A DNA stretch of 64,000 nt, from contig OZ260663.1 of the NCBI GenBank assembly GCA_965285935.1, positions 75,888,001 through 75,952,000 of the forward strand. The letters run 5' to 3'. Under the pieces are notes generated by a model, which worked only from the letters and a program-made list of their open reading frames with translations, did not search any database and was not told where the DNA came from. Below, in pieces: positions 1 through 14,261 of this stretch (positions within the stretch are counted from its first letter, which is position 1; the number at the start of each line of letters is the position of its first letter). The DNA is from Ophelia neglecta (taxonomy: Eukaryota). The position numbers and the translations under genes are program-made.

Positions 1-1815
1 CTAATTGACCTACTTTCAAAATCAAGGTCAAACCGTGACATTGAAAATTTTAAATGGCTATATCTCAGCTGTTTACTCACCGATTTCCAGATAATTTGGC
101 ACGGATGTAGCCAGTTAGAAAGTCTTCTGACGAAAATTATTTTATTAACCTACTTTTAAATTCAAGGTCAAACTGTGACATTGAAAATTCAAACGGCTAT
201 ATCTCAGCCGTTTACTGACCGATTTCTGCAAAATTTGGCACGAATGTAGCCAGTAAAAAAGTCTTCTGATCAAAATTATCTAATTGACCTACTTTCAAAA
301 TCAAGGTCAAACCGTGACATTGAAAATTTTAAATGGCTATATCTCAGCTGTTTACTGGCCGATTTCCGCAAAATTTGGCACGGATGTAGCCAGTTAGAAA
401 GTCATCTGACCAAAGTTATCTAATTGACCTACTTTCAAAATCAAGGTCAAACCGTGACATTGAAAATTTTAAATGGCTATATCTCAGCTGTTTACTCACC
501 GATTTCCAGATAATTTGGCACGGATGTAGCCAGTTAGAAAGTCTTCTGACCAAAATTATCTTATTAACCTACTTTTAAATTCAAGGTCAAACTGTGACAT
601 TGAAAATTCAAATGGCTATATCTCAGCCGTTTACTGACCGATTTCTGCAAAATTTGGCACGAATGTAGCCAGTAAGAAAGTCTTCTGATCAAAATTATCT
701 AATTGACCTACTTTCAAAATCAAGGTCAAACCGTGACATTGAAAATTTTAAATGGCTATATCTCAGCTGTTTACTGGCCGATTTCCGCAAAATTTGGCAC
801 GGATGTAGCCAGTTAGAAAGTCTTCTGACCAAAGTTATCTAATTGACCTACTTTCAAAATCAAGGTCAAACCGTGACATTGAAAATTTTAAATGGCTATA
901 TCTCAGCTGTTTACTCACCGATTTCCAGATAATTTGGCACGGATGTAGCCAGTTAGAAAGTCTTCTGACCAAAATTATCTTATTAACCTACTTTTAAATT
1001 CAAGGTCAAACTGTGACATTGAAAATTCAAATGGCTATATCTCAGCCGTTTACGGACCGATTTCTGCAAAATTTGGCACGAATGTAGCCAGTAAGAAAGT
1101 CTTCTGATCAAAATTATCTAATTGACCTACTTTCAAAATCAAGGTCAAACCGTGACATTGAAAATTTTAAATGGCTATATCTCAGCTGTTTACTGGCCGA
1201 TTTCCGCAAAATTTGGCACGGATGTAGCCAGTTAGAAAGTCTTCTGACCAAAGTTATCTAATTGACCTACTTTCAAAATCAAGGTCAAACCGTGACATTG
1301 AAAATTTTAAATGGCTATATCTCAGCTGTTTAATCACCGATTTCCAGATAATTTGGCACGGATGTAGCCAGTTAGAAAGTCTTCTGACCAAAATTATCTT
1401 ATTAACCTACTTTTAAATTCAAGGTCAAACTGTGACATTGAAAATTCAAATGGCTATATCTCAGCCGTTTACGGACCGATTTCTGCAAAATTTGGCACGA
1501 ATGTAGCCAGTAAGAAAGTCTTCTGATCAAAATTATCTAATTGACCTACTTTCAAAATCAAGGTCAAACCGTGACATTGAAAATTTTAAATGCCTGTGTC
1601 TCAGCCATTTATTGAACGATTTTTATAAAATTTGAATATAGCCAGTTAGAAGGTCTTTGGGCTAATCTTATTTGGTTGATTACTTTGAAAATCAAGGTCA
1701 GGCCATGACCTTGATAAGTTCAAATTGCTTTATCTCAGCTGTTTATTGACCGATTTTTGTAAAATTTTGCATTCATGTAGCCAGTTAGAAGCTCTTGATC
1801 GAAATACTTTAGTCA
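1..1815. repeat. Tandem satellite of ~140-bp monomers organised as a 419-bp three-monomer higher-order repeat, probably inside a CLCA intron
   Basis: The A monomer start TAATTGACCTACTTTCAAAATCAAGGTCA recurs at 2, 421, 840 and 1259 (period 419 = 140+139+140). Diagnostic variants are A 'tttactcaccgatttccagat', B 'ttattaacctacttttaaattc' and C 'tttactggccgatttccgca'. Monomers are degenerate from ~1590 to 1815. Confidence 0.97.
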
Positions 1816-2124
1816 TCTAGATTATTTGCTTATTTTTGCTGATCTATATTTTGCAGAATTTTTTTTTACGATTGAGAAACTATCAAAGGGCAAAGATATC
1901 GTAGTCGATAGGATATACCTTAAATTTGGTTATTGTTTTACCATCATGAAACTTGCGGGTTAAACTTACTAGATTTAACTGCGTGTCCTTACAACGTACT
2001 AGAACATGGTCAATTTATAAAAGTGAACTTGTGCGATAAGGCTTGACCCAAGGCCTAGACCAGTACGATGTTTACATTCTAGGATGACCTCATCTTTAAA
2101 AGATGAAGCATTGATTTAACCAAC

Positions 2125-5100
2125 CTGATTGGAATTTTTCCAATTCGAAAGAACCACCGGCAGCCAGTCGTTGAAGGTTGCTGATAGGAAGATCAGGATC
2201 GTCGTCAAGTAGTAAATTGCCAATTCCTCGTGGCGCCCCCTGTCCAATTATACGGCGAGGCTTCACTACTGTGGCTGGCGTACTGTTTACAGCAACCTTA
2301 AAATATGCATAACAAACATATAATGACTAGAGTTTTTGGTTTCTTTTTTATTCAAGAATCGTACGACCGGGCGAAAATAGACCGTATTTACGCCAATGAT
2401 TTGAAAAATGATCCCCAATTGCTATTCAGTAATTACTAATTGGGTCCATTGGTTTTATATATAATTATACATGTATCTTTTTTATATGTTAGCCTACACA
2501 CTTTGTATAGCAATAAAACATCCGAAAGACGAAGCTTATCATTATGTATATTGTCATGCTCACCGACCTTCACGTTGTATCTTCCATTGGCGTTGACATG
2601 AACAAAGAATGCTGAATAGATACCGTCTTCTGCGACCTTGTCAGCTCCTAAAGGTTAAACATGAGACGGGGTCACTGTGGAAAGAATACTTATACCAAAC
2701 AAAATTTGTGTGCAGAATTCTCCATAAAGTGATACCCTCGATATCAATAATGAACTAAAGGATATACCCTATCAAATTAGTAATGTCTGGCAACGAGTCA
2801 TTTTTTTTAAAAAAACTGGCCTTATCAGCTATAGCCCTAGACATCAGGCTATAGGATATACACAGAATTTTGGCAAAATAATGACCATCTTCCTAAGAGA
2901 GATGAGACGGGCATTATTTGTTAATTTGGCAGGCAAATTTTTAACTAAACGCCTGCCCAATATGCTTTCTGTTAACCTAACAATGATAAACCTACTGGCG
3001 TTCAATTTTCGTAGTTTTGGTCCCATCATTTTCCACCAATTCTTTCGGGAAATTGTCGAAAGTTAGCTCAAACCCTGGGGCAATACTTGTTATACTAGAG
3101 GCACTTAAACGGGAAGGTTGGTGACCCTGGTTGCTGTGCATACCACTCCGAGTTTGCAAAACTCAGCCCGGGGAGAAAATATTCCCTCCATTTATATCTT
3201 AATTGCTGACAGTAAAATAACCTATTTCTAATGTCCCTGTTTTTGGAAAACCATGACATTGTATCAATTTTATAGTGAATGATAGATTAGTCTTTGATTG
3301 CAGACAGTTTGCAGCTTCATAACCCAATAAAGGTCATTGTATGACAAATGTTAAGTTTACTAGAACCTGCATATCATAATAATATATACCCCAAATATTT
3401 TTGCCGGAGTTCCATGATCTGTTAAACATGGCGCTCTAAACATCAGCCACATGGGGCTTGCTCGGAGTATACATTTTTGGTAAAGTTAACAAACAGTATC
3501 TGCCATTGAGGGTAATAAGAAGGAGTTGCCTTTCTAAGTTAGTGTGCGTGGATTGCTATATTGCAGAGTCGGACGGAATACACTTATAGGATATTCCTAA
3601 AGGGATGATAATAGCCCTTATTTCCTGAAAAATATGACATTCAATAGGACTAAATGCACTATACATATATAACCACCAAAAAGGTAGCAATATAGTTGAC
3701 TATACTATTGTTTACATCAGTGTATTTATGAAGTGCTTTGACCCTTTGGCCCTCTCCTTTCAAAATGGGATCCAATGGGCCAAAACCCGCCTGGGATTTC
3801 TTCCCGCTCCTTAGCTCGGATAATAGGCACCGGAGAGCGGAGCACTTGAATAGGATTCCTTATGCCCCTATGTGTTTTTGGAAACTCGGATGGATTGAAT
3901 ACAAAAAGAGGCCCATGTTTTATTGTCTCGCGTTGGTCGGGGTGCCCTCAGAATTTGTTCCTCTCGTACTAAATATTGCCTACCTGCGCCGTTGTCTTTG
4001 AGATCCACGTACCGAGGAGGGGCGTTACCGGGTCTTTCAACCGTGGCCAAAACATCCGCGTATAAAACGGGTGCGTATCCTGAAAAATACACAGGAATGA
4101 AACAAGTCTAGACACCCATTAAATGATTAGAAGAAGAAAAACAGGGTTTTTCCGGTAGACCTATTCCGTGATTAGTTTTTAATTAATTAATCACGGCTGA
4201 ACATATAATTGATACACCGTTTTATGAAATTAGTAGCATAGCCTATCTAAACGACTGGATGGCTCACCTTGTGAGATACTAGCGAAGAGAGCTTGTCTGC
4301 CTGGATTTCTGCCAGGTACAATGAGGTCCAGGTTCCGGCGGGCCCAGAAGGCTTGGGCCACCACGGGGTACAGACCTGGTACAGCCGACTGTGAGGTGAC
4401 CGTTATGGCCACGCGCTGCCTAGCTCTCGTGTTTGTGATCTCATAAACCCATTTACCTCTCTGTAACAGGAAACAACATTCTTAGCTATAAACTTTATGG
4501 TAGTTAATAATATGATCAAGAAATATAAAAAAGGAAATTTTGCCACAGGTGAACGTCAACAGTGGAAATTCAACATGAAGGTTGCCTAAATTGAACATTT
4601 CAAATGGAATCCAAGAAAAGCATGAATCACCTCGACGATTCCAGCAAAGTTGAACCTATAGATGCCGAAGGTGTCATCTTTCGAGCATTCTGGTGAGGTT
4701 TTGTCATATTGCACGTTGCTAGGGGACGTCAACACCACATCAATGTCGGCACCGGCGTAGTCGAAAATAAACTCAGTTTGACGTCCAAGAGAAGTATCGA
4801 TACTGACTAAATCAGAGAATTGTCCGTTCCTGCCAATGGTTTCCGCCCTGCTAACAAGGGTGTATGAACGGTCGGCCGGATCTAAATAAGCCAATAGTAA
4901 ATACTGATTACATCATTTATTTTAACTACTGATAGTTTGATTTATTTATTTATTTATTTATTAGTTTCCTTGACTTAACAAGAGCATATGAATGTGTATA
5001 ATACATTATAATGTAAACGACACAATTTTTAACGGGAATCACTCCTCCCGGACACGTCATCGTGACTTCACTTGAATTTGAACTTATCTTCGCCCCCACG

Positions 5101-8100
5101 TTAAAGACCATCGATCTAATACAAGTAAGTGACATTTCCTTACTTTGATTGAGTTCGCCTATGGCCTGGAAAGCCTCGTTGAGGGCGTTGGAGCGGTCAC
5201 TGGCGGAGTAGAGGAACGAGAGACCACCAGTAGCCTGAGCTAGGGCGTCTACCGTAGAATCAGCGTCGTTTGTAATGGCTATCGAGTGTACAGTTACCCC
5301 AGAACTCACTGTCTCATCCCATATGTCCCTGAAAGACGTGACAAACTTTACGTCTAAATATGATTTATAAGCAAATATTGCATAGAATCTGTAAATTTTC
5401 GTTAATATGAATATGTATCAAATATAAGCGATGCCATTATTATTTCTCAATGCCTCGATATACAGCGATATAGGGGCCTACAAGCATTACCCTCTGGAAT
5501 ATGATAAGTTGGATACTAATTGTAGTAATTTAGTATTTTTATCTTTAAAAAGTCCCTAAAATGCTGTATATTGTCTAACTTAAATGATCTCTTCCCTCTG
5601 TACAAGTGATTGTTGTTGTGTTTATTTTCTTGTCAAAATTAAGCTATTTTGGTTGCTGTTTTTTCCCTTTGGGCACTAGCAATATGATGCTTAATTGTCC
5701 CTAATGAGAGGGCACATACGCTAGTGGGCGTCCAGTACTCTCTAACTCCAAAGTTTTTTGGTATAATTATGGTGTTACAAACTGTTTACATTTTCTGCAG
5801 GCAAAAACTGCCTTTCGATTTAATTTCTTTGGGATTTTCGTCTGAATTTATGAGTTTGATACGTTAACTTGATTTTTCTTAGTTCTTGTTTGTACTTTAT
5901 GGTGCTTTAGTAAGGTAACAAATACTTACTTCCTATACTTACTGCCATGGGCCTGCAGTGTTAAGGCATGTGAGGTGTTCTACCATTTCAGTCCACTTGT
6001 TCAAAAACATTTGGTGTAATTTGAAGTAGATAACTGATTATCGGGCTTTGAAACTAACCTTTTTGGTTTACTACACTAGTTAAATGGACCTTGTCATCTG
6101 ACATAAGTTTCAATGCCTGAATTATTCTGCATACACCACTTACCTTATATATGGAGCCCGATTTTCCTCCCCGTCGGATACCACTATAAGCTGACCGCCG
6201 ATTGTCCCACCACCACGTACTAACATATTGAGTGCCTGACGTATTCCTAAAAATATATAGTAGTAAAAAATGCTGCAGTTCAGAAAATAGGTATTGTGTA
6301 TGGTGTTGAAACTCCAATAGCATTATACCTTAACCAGATTAAGTCGAAATAGAATGCTATAAGCTGAAGGGTAAACAGAAATGAACCACTGTGGGAACTG
6401 TGCTATCTATAGCCATGTGTCGAAAACGGGATTGGCTAAGCGGCAGAAAATGCATAATCATTATACAAGTATATATGCATTTTAAAAATCGGTTCCAAAG
6501 CATCAGAATCCGCCAGCTGCAGGCACACAAAAATCATTCCCCATTATGTATCTACAACATACATCGACGTACAAGTTTGAGCTAGACTTGGCTGTCTCAC
6601 CGCAGGCGAAATTGTCTAACCTTGGTTTTCAAGTATATACTGTAGTGACAGGTTTGGGTCTGGACGGACACGCCTTTAGGGTTTGCTATTGATCTACCAC
6701 TCTGTGGGAGTATAAGCACATAATGTCTTGTTCTGTTTGAGACCATTTGAACTTGCTAGGTAAGTCGTAAATTTGATTTTTAGACACACTTACTTAAAAC
6801 AATAGTGAACATGCAGACTTTCGCGTGAATGACCTTTAAAATCACTCATTGGTTAACTCAGTAACGCCGCAGTGTGTTGTTTTGTGTTCTGTTTTCATAG
6901 TTGTAAAATTTTGATGTTGATTTTCACATTTACTTATATTTATATAAAGGCTCTGGTAATTTTACCATGACACAACATAATGACTGGGAAAATTAATCGA
7001 ATCAAATCGGGTGCTAAATGACATCTCTTCCCGCACGCCTTATTTCATTGCATGTATTAAATCTTATTCACTACAGACCTATTTCTAATAGTATAGCATT
7101 AGAGTTTTATATAACCAGCACTGCTTAAGGTTTTTATGGCATCTCGTCGTGATTGTATCGGTGTTTATTTGCACACCTGAGAGGAAACTCGGTGGCTTAG
7201 TTTTAATAAAAGTTGTCTTTACTAGGTTATTATAAGGCCGGCTTGAACGTGTTTGAAAGACGCCGTATTCCCTGCCAGCCACTTGTTCTTTCAACGTTTG
7301 TGCTATATATTGGATAAATTAAAGGAGAAGGAGAAGAGCACGACATAACGTACGCTTTTTCTGTGTTAATGCCAGGAATGAATATATGGTATAGATTTGC
7401 AAGTATTAAAGTGGATGCTGTCGTTACCTCCGCCGATGGAGGTTGCTCCCCTGGCAAGACGTGGTATATATCGAAGAAGTTCTCTGCGCGAGTCACTGTC
7501 GATAACGGTCAGATCTTTGATGGGCATGCCTGTCCCATTAAACCAAACGATACCAAGCTGTTCCTCGTCTCGAATGATGGAAGTTATGTAAGTACTGCAA
7601 GACTGATATATAAACGACGTCAATTAATGGCATTGACATAAGAAAAGTATTTTCAATATGTCCATATTCATATCTACGTTTGTCATCATTATCGAGGCGA
7701 CTGTATAATTTCATTTGAAACTTTCAGGGTCAAATGTCAACCAGCAAAGTTTAAATGTGAAAATTGATTTTGAAATGATGTTTTTATTATTATGCTTTTA
7801 TTTGAATCTTCTGCCACAATATTTCCTAAAAGTACAAAATCTGACGATTGAACCTATCGCAATGAATTTACCTGTCCCAGTTTAACGATACTATTGCCGT
7901 AGCTGGGACCCATGCTGCCAGAGACATCCAGCACTAAGACCGTACGTCCGGTGTTCTTCGGTCGAACAACTCGAAAAGTGGGCTCAGTACTCGATATGTT
8001 GCGAGGTTGGTTGGCTACCTCAAAGTCAGGATGAGACCTCAAAACCTGATATTATTCGGACAAATGAATAATGAATTACTTGTAGCATAACGTGACCTAT

Positions 8101-11100
8101 TTACTAATGGAGTTTTTGACTCAGTAAATAAGAAGGTCTTGTTATCCGTGGATAGCCCTATCAACATAGCTGGTTTTCGTAGGGGTCCAGCTATGTTTTA
8201 ATATATCACATCATCATTACATTAAATGAACTTGCGATATTGCCAAACGTCACAGAGAATGCGAAATAAAATAAATACATTACAATTGCTAATATGTTAA
8301 TGCAAGAGGTAAGCATAACGATAAAAAGGTTAATGATTAAACAATAATTTATGGATAAAAGCCTAATGGAAGTTGAGTGGTTTCTTTGTAGATCTTGAAG
8401 TATTGCAAATGGCCTTTTTAAATTTTATAGTTACAATACATCAATAGGTTTCGCTTACCTCCCAGACGCTGCGACCATTGCAGTGGGTGTTCTGCAGGGT
8501 GGGTGCCTCCGAGTTGTGTAATGTGTTACCATTGGTCGGGTCATTGTCGCAAAACTCCACAATCTGTCGCATGTAAACATTTTTATATCCACATGTTTGT
8601 TTTTGCTTGTTGTCCCATAAATTGGTATTATTAAGTTCCTGTGGTTTTTCAATGATAATAGCTTTACATAAATACAATTTTCTTTAAGCTATAACACAGC
8701 TCATACAATAAGACATATTTCAATGAATAGTATATATGTAAATATTGCAAAGCTCCAGAAGAAGGGAGAAAAGTTTGCTTTAGTTTGTTTGCCTTTGCCT
8801 ATATCAGTGGCGCCAGGCTGGTCACGTGTATGTACATGAAATTGTCCAGGCCACCTATCAAACAATGTTGACACTAAATGTGCCATGAGTTTAGTTCTGA
8901 AATTGTGAAGCAGAATATATCGAGAGTCGGGATGTATAGTTGTCTTACATGGTTAAGTGTTGTTTTATACATAAGCGATCCATAGTTTCCGGTCAAGCCG
9001 GCCTCGTCCCTGAATCTGCAATCCGCTTCCGGTAAGTTACCTTGGTAGGAGCACCAGTCGTTTCCTGTCCGGCGATTATACCAACGTCCTGAGGAGAAAG
9101 TTATTTAATTTGGTTTAATTATTAACCTGTATCTAAATATATAATTATCTTGTTCAACTGTTTCCGAATGTAAAATAATGCCACGAGTCTGTGATAACCG
9201 CACCTCTTAGATTTGAGGAGCAGCGGGTGGCCTCGATTTCACCGACAGAGTTAGCGTAGAAGTGTCGTTTGGAGTTCTCTGCAGGATATTCGTCGTAAAC
9301 TCCGAACCGGAGATGTGACCATTCGTGTACAATTACCTGAAAAACCGCTCTATTATAGCATCAAACTAAAAAAGTTATACAAAATCTTACTTCTTTTTAG
9401 ACATATAAAATTAATTTAATGGTATATATAAATCACGGATATGATAGTCATGATGATATAAAGCATCTAAAGCCACTTAATTTGTTTAATTTTCTTTTTT
9501 TCCTTTCGGGTGTTACTAACTAGTAACTAACAGTTATTTGTTGATTTAACGATGTAAACAACATACCAACCTTGTCATACGCTCCGTACTGGTCAGCCAC
9601 CTTGACGTCGAGCAGGTAATCGGGGGTAACGTGCATGTAGTGGCCGAGCTCACCGCAATCCGTGTTCTTAATGACGAATGGCCGGTGTCCATGATCAAAT
9701 CGGCTGTCGGGCTCATCAACCAGGATGTCACTCTTATCTATGGTCTCTCGCCCGGCGGGCTCGTATTCAGGCCTGTCCGACCAGGTGGTAGGAACCAGAA
9801 TGGTGATCTCATCGAAAAAGGCTCGTTTTCTAAGGAAATAAATGACCAAACTGAGATTATAAGAAAGAATACCTGATCACGTTTCTTTTCTTAGAATGTA
9901 CTATATAATTATATCACAAATATAATATTGGAGGTCTTGGGATATCTTAAAAGAATTATTGGTCCTCTTACAGTTTTAATCGCTATTGGGTGTAAGGAAG
10001 TCCTTGAATATTAGTGTACAATCAACTTTTCTCGAACAAGCAAAACTAATTAGATGCAGAATTATAAAAAGGGTTGAGGGTGCCTAATATATTTGTACTT
10101 AAGCATAGTAACCACATTTGAAAGTTTAGTTTACTAGTGAAAACGGGATCGATCTTAAAGGCCAGAATGAGGATGTACATCATCCTTACACACTTACACA
10201 AGACAAGCAGATGTAACCAATTCATATAAATACCTGTCGCCAAAATAGTTTCATGCTTCGAAATTCATTGTTCCGACGCATTTAATTTAAACATATATAT
10301 TAAGCGTGTTAATAGCATAAGCTATAAATTGTCCATTACATTCATTTAGGAAATATTAAGATTACATTGCTTCACAAACTAGTTATCGCCACCATTAACC
10401 TGGTTTTTTTTCTCTATATGCTTATAATGCCTGTCTTGTTTTGTATATATGTGTATAGGTTTTATTTGTTTACCCTATAAGCATAATTGTTAATCCACGT
10501 ATAAATACTTCTGAACAAAACAATTATGCACAAATGTGCAATTTAAATGTAAATACGTGTACAAGATTTACCAGCGTAAAATATTGATGAATTTATTTTG
10601 CTTGTTTTTCGTGGGATATGTAAGGCTAAGTCTTCTCACCCCTGCTTATTAATTATAGTGTAACTTATGATTTCATTATTTTCTGTTAATACACATGTAA
10701 ATATTATGATAGTTAATAGAGCAAAAAAAAATGATTAAAAATCAAATGTTGTTAGCGGACATAATTGATTGTGCGCTTATTAAATTAGAAATTAGTGCGT
10801 AGTTTTATTTTTTTCGCGAAGTGCGCGGAAACTTAGAAGAATTCATGCTACGCTATACGTCTATCCTTTTTACAAATATTAATTAATGTATGTAAAAACC
10901 TGGTGCTACAAAACGTGGTAATAAGTTGCGGAATTAAACCGCGGGATACAGGTAATCTGGATACAAAGTCCTGCTATAAATGATAACACATTCCCTTTTC
11001 AAACAAACACATTAAACAAAATCTTTTTTGTTTTAATTTTTCTTTGCATTCATACAAAAAAACACTCAATTCCCACTGTAACATGTAGTATGTCTCGTTT

Positions 11101-11507
11101 AAAAAGTTTCCTATAAACATACAAAACAAAAGCGTTCGGCGCGTGTAAGTCTGTAAATTATGTTTCTTTAATGTTCAAATATTCAAATGTTCACAATATA
11201 TCAAGAAGCATTCTTTCTTTAATCAAAGATTTGTTTATACCATTCAGAAGGGGAATGAATGGTAGTTAATATGATATGAAATCACCTACCGCGTGGCTTG
11301 GTACAGGAACGCCGATGCTTCCGTGAAGACGTCTTTGATTCGTTGGATAATTTGTACGTTTTCTGTCACGTTCTGACCGATTGCAACGAGCATCTGCTTG
11401 TATCCATTGTTTTGAATATAAATCGAACCCCTCCCACAACCTTCTACCAAGGCATGAGAACTCAGCACAAGGATAACTAGCACCAAGCTGACTCCTTTAG
11501 ACATCAT
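2125..11507 (-). CDS. CLCA: Calcium-activated chloride channel regulator (CLCA) family protein, multi-exon; 3' end lies beyond the left window edge
   Basis: Signal-peptide exon at 11507-11290 (MMSKGVSLVLV...NNGYKQMLVAI). Further exons at ~9829-9570 (FFDEITILVPTTW, CGELGHYMHVTPDY), ~9337-9203 (metalloprotease VHEWSHLRFGVYDEY), ~9089-8948, ~8563-8458 (EFCD...HNSEAPTLQNTHC), ~8045-7872 (VWA MIDAS LDVSGSM), ~7600-7428, 6246-6144 (VVSDGEEN), ~5328-5143, ~4880-4632, ~4460-4268, ~4080-3984 (GYAPVLYADV...DLKDNGA), 2647-~2568 (GADKVAEDGIYS) and 2296-2125. The junctions I traced are GT-AG and in phase. A likely 5'UTR exon ends at ~11663. Confidence 0.95.
8140..8200 (-). mobile_element. Putative CR1/L2-type LINE 3'-end stem-loop relic
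   Basis: Hairpin AACATAGCTGG...CCAGCTATGTT preceded by GGATAGCCCTATC. A related motif occurs at ~46425-46480 (GGTAGCCCTTTCAAGATAGC...GGGACC). The assignment rests on resemblance to invertebrate LINE 3' tails. Confidence 0.35.
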
Positions 11508-14261
11508 TGATGTACCTGTTTAATTTATAAAAATAAATAACATAACAATAATGCTATCATTTATAAACAAAGTAATTGCTTAAACAGTTTTTTCCTTATT
11601 GTTCTAAAGAACCTAGAGGAAACCAAGTATAATCCGATATAAAATGATTGACCAAGACATACCTGACAGCCAGTATATGAAGGGCAACAATACTAATATG
11701 TGCTGATTGAAGTGTATGGACTTTCAAACTTACCAATAATCAGAACGATTGTGGCCTATCGTTTGTTGTCTATTTTTTTTTGCATATCGGTTATCGCCTG
11801 CTAGTTTTGTCGATGTTTTGGTCACTTGTAAACACCTGACAAAGTTTAATCAAACGAAATGACACGACATGTTTGCATATTCGCCATAGGAAATACAGTA
11901 CTTTAAAGCTCTGGGATTATAAGTATGGCATAATGACATGTATGGCAACATCATAGTAAAATATGATATATACATGTATATATGTATAATATGTTTATAT
12001 TAAAAATTTGGGTAGCTGCTGCATTATTGGTTCATTTGAGAGTTTAATATCTTTGTGGTTTTACAGCCCCGGTCGATTGACGAGGACCGCTGGAATCTGC
12101 CTAGAAGTATTCTCCCATAAATGTTCCACTCAAATAGTAAATGGACATGGGACTAAAGAAATTCTGTTCATACTGATTTTGGCAGAGGAGGAGCTTTTTT
12201 ACCTCCCTGAATCCCTGCTCTCCGACACAGGGTTAGTATGAGGCCAGTCTAATCAGGAACATAACCATGTATATACATGTAACTTTAATTTATATCAATT
12301 TCATAAAAAACATTGTTTTTACTGGATGGCCCTATCAGATGTGCTCTTTTTCATAGTGGTCAGATATGTACGTAACATGGTATATGTATATGAAAGTACA
12401 AATAATTCCTAGTAAAAACTCGGACCGACCAAATTAACACGGAAAACAATTAATGCGCTCTGACTGAAAGTATCTAACAAGTCTAGCTGGCTCTTTATCT
12501 ATCATTTAACATAGCTCGGTTGAATTCGTGTTGATTGGATTGCCCAACTTCGTGACTTAGATCTCATCGCAATCTGTGCCCTTCGGTATCGATGTTCTGA
12601 TCATGATAGAAACTTCAAATATATCTATTCCATGGTACTGTGTCATGGCTACGCAACTTAAAACATCAACAAAGTAATCCTGTTAACAGATAATAAGGAT
12701 TAAGGGATGAACTAAACGGCACACATGTGTCAATCACTCTTATTTACAAGATTAGCCTTATCGTCTTATACAGAAAACAGTGCAAAATGTTTGACTGATA
12801 AACTGACGTTGTCGTTGATGACAGCTATCAGCGGCTTTCCGAAAAAGGAAGCTTTAATTTGGCTATGGCTATGTGATATGCGATAAAAGATTATTGATGT
12901 TGGTTAGATTATTATAGGTTTTCTACTTTAGTAGATGTGGCTTATCACGAAACTAAATTAATAGAGCGGGTTTAAGTTTAACATTATATGTGATCGGAGA
13001 GGCTAGTTAGTCAACAGGCATAATTATTTATTATTATATAAATGTAGGCCTATAATCATTTATACATGATGGCAGCCTCAATGGGAGTTAGCCAAGTAAC
13101 CTAAGATAATACTGGGAGTCAATGACAAGTATTTGGGTAGTTATGGGGTTGTATGTAGCCAGAACAGTATACGGATATACCTTTTTATACAAAGAGAATC
13201 TGCTCTGGTCTCGGTGACATTTTTGTCCTGAATAAACAATTTTATCTTGTTATTTTTTTCGCACGCAATTGAGCCTTCTTTATCTGCATCGGTTCTGCAG
13301 GGGCCGGAAATACTACATTATTCAAAACCTCTATGCGTCATTCCGATTTTACCTTAAAAATAATCTGGTAGCGCGGCCTTCACCTACCAGTCTAAAACAT
13401 ATTAAGAGCCTAGCTAGCACTTCGATCAGTCCATTAATATAATAAGGCTATGAAATCGCCATTGTGATTTAAAAATTAACATTTTATAAATAAACAAAAA
13501 TAGAAGCTAGTCAATATCCAACAAGTTAATCGTGTTAAAGGCGTCTGTTTTTATTAGTGTCGGTTCTGAATTGATGGGAGAACATTCGGAAATCATTCTA
13601 GATCCACGATTTACATGAGTTGGCAGGGATTTTTTGGTTCCCACAAGATTAACTAAGGTTTTTTTACTCAGGGGAAAGGGTTCAGGTCTTAACTATATAA
13701 TTAACGTAAACTATTACCAAGTATTACGAAATACGTGTGTCCTCAAACTACATTTTGTTTACTTTTATGGTAATTTTAATTCATATTGTATATAGGCACC
13801 ACAAAATTTAAATATTTGTAAAGGCAATATCCCCCTCTTTAGCCATTATTGTAAAAGGTGAACTAGGCCTGGTAAATTAACCAAACGGAATCATTCTGGT
13901 AATGGAATGAACAGGCTTAGTTATATCGGCTCATGGCGTATAAGACATAGCAAGGATATCCATTTCCTCAATTTTTATTTTGCTTATTTTCATTCCATGT
14001 TCTTTTATTTGCCTTCATTTCTCATTGAATAGTAAGTCACATTTTTCATTAATAAACGTTGCTCTCGTATTGATGTGCCCGTTGTATATAGGCATGAAGA
14101 TATAGTTCAAATAAATTTAATTTGATTGATTTGACTTGATGTAGGCCTACATATCCCTCATTGGCATTAAATTAGATATTTAGTAGCTAATGTTTTTTTC
14201 ATGATTAATTTGTTATTATATAGGGCTAAATAATATTGGAAATTACTTTTTTTTAAGATAC

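Noticed and set aside
1-1600. CRISPR-like array
   Set aside because: The repeats are contiguous ~140-bp monomers with no unique spacers, there are no cas genes, and the context is eukaryotic.
5330-7427. Apparent CLCA frameshift or missing VWA exon, suggesting a pseudogene
   Set aside because: The exon at 6246-6144 (GIRQALNML...VSDGEENRAPYI) restores the frame.
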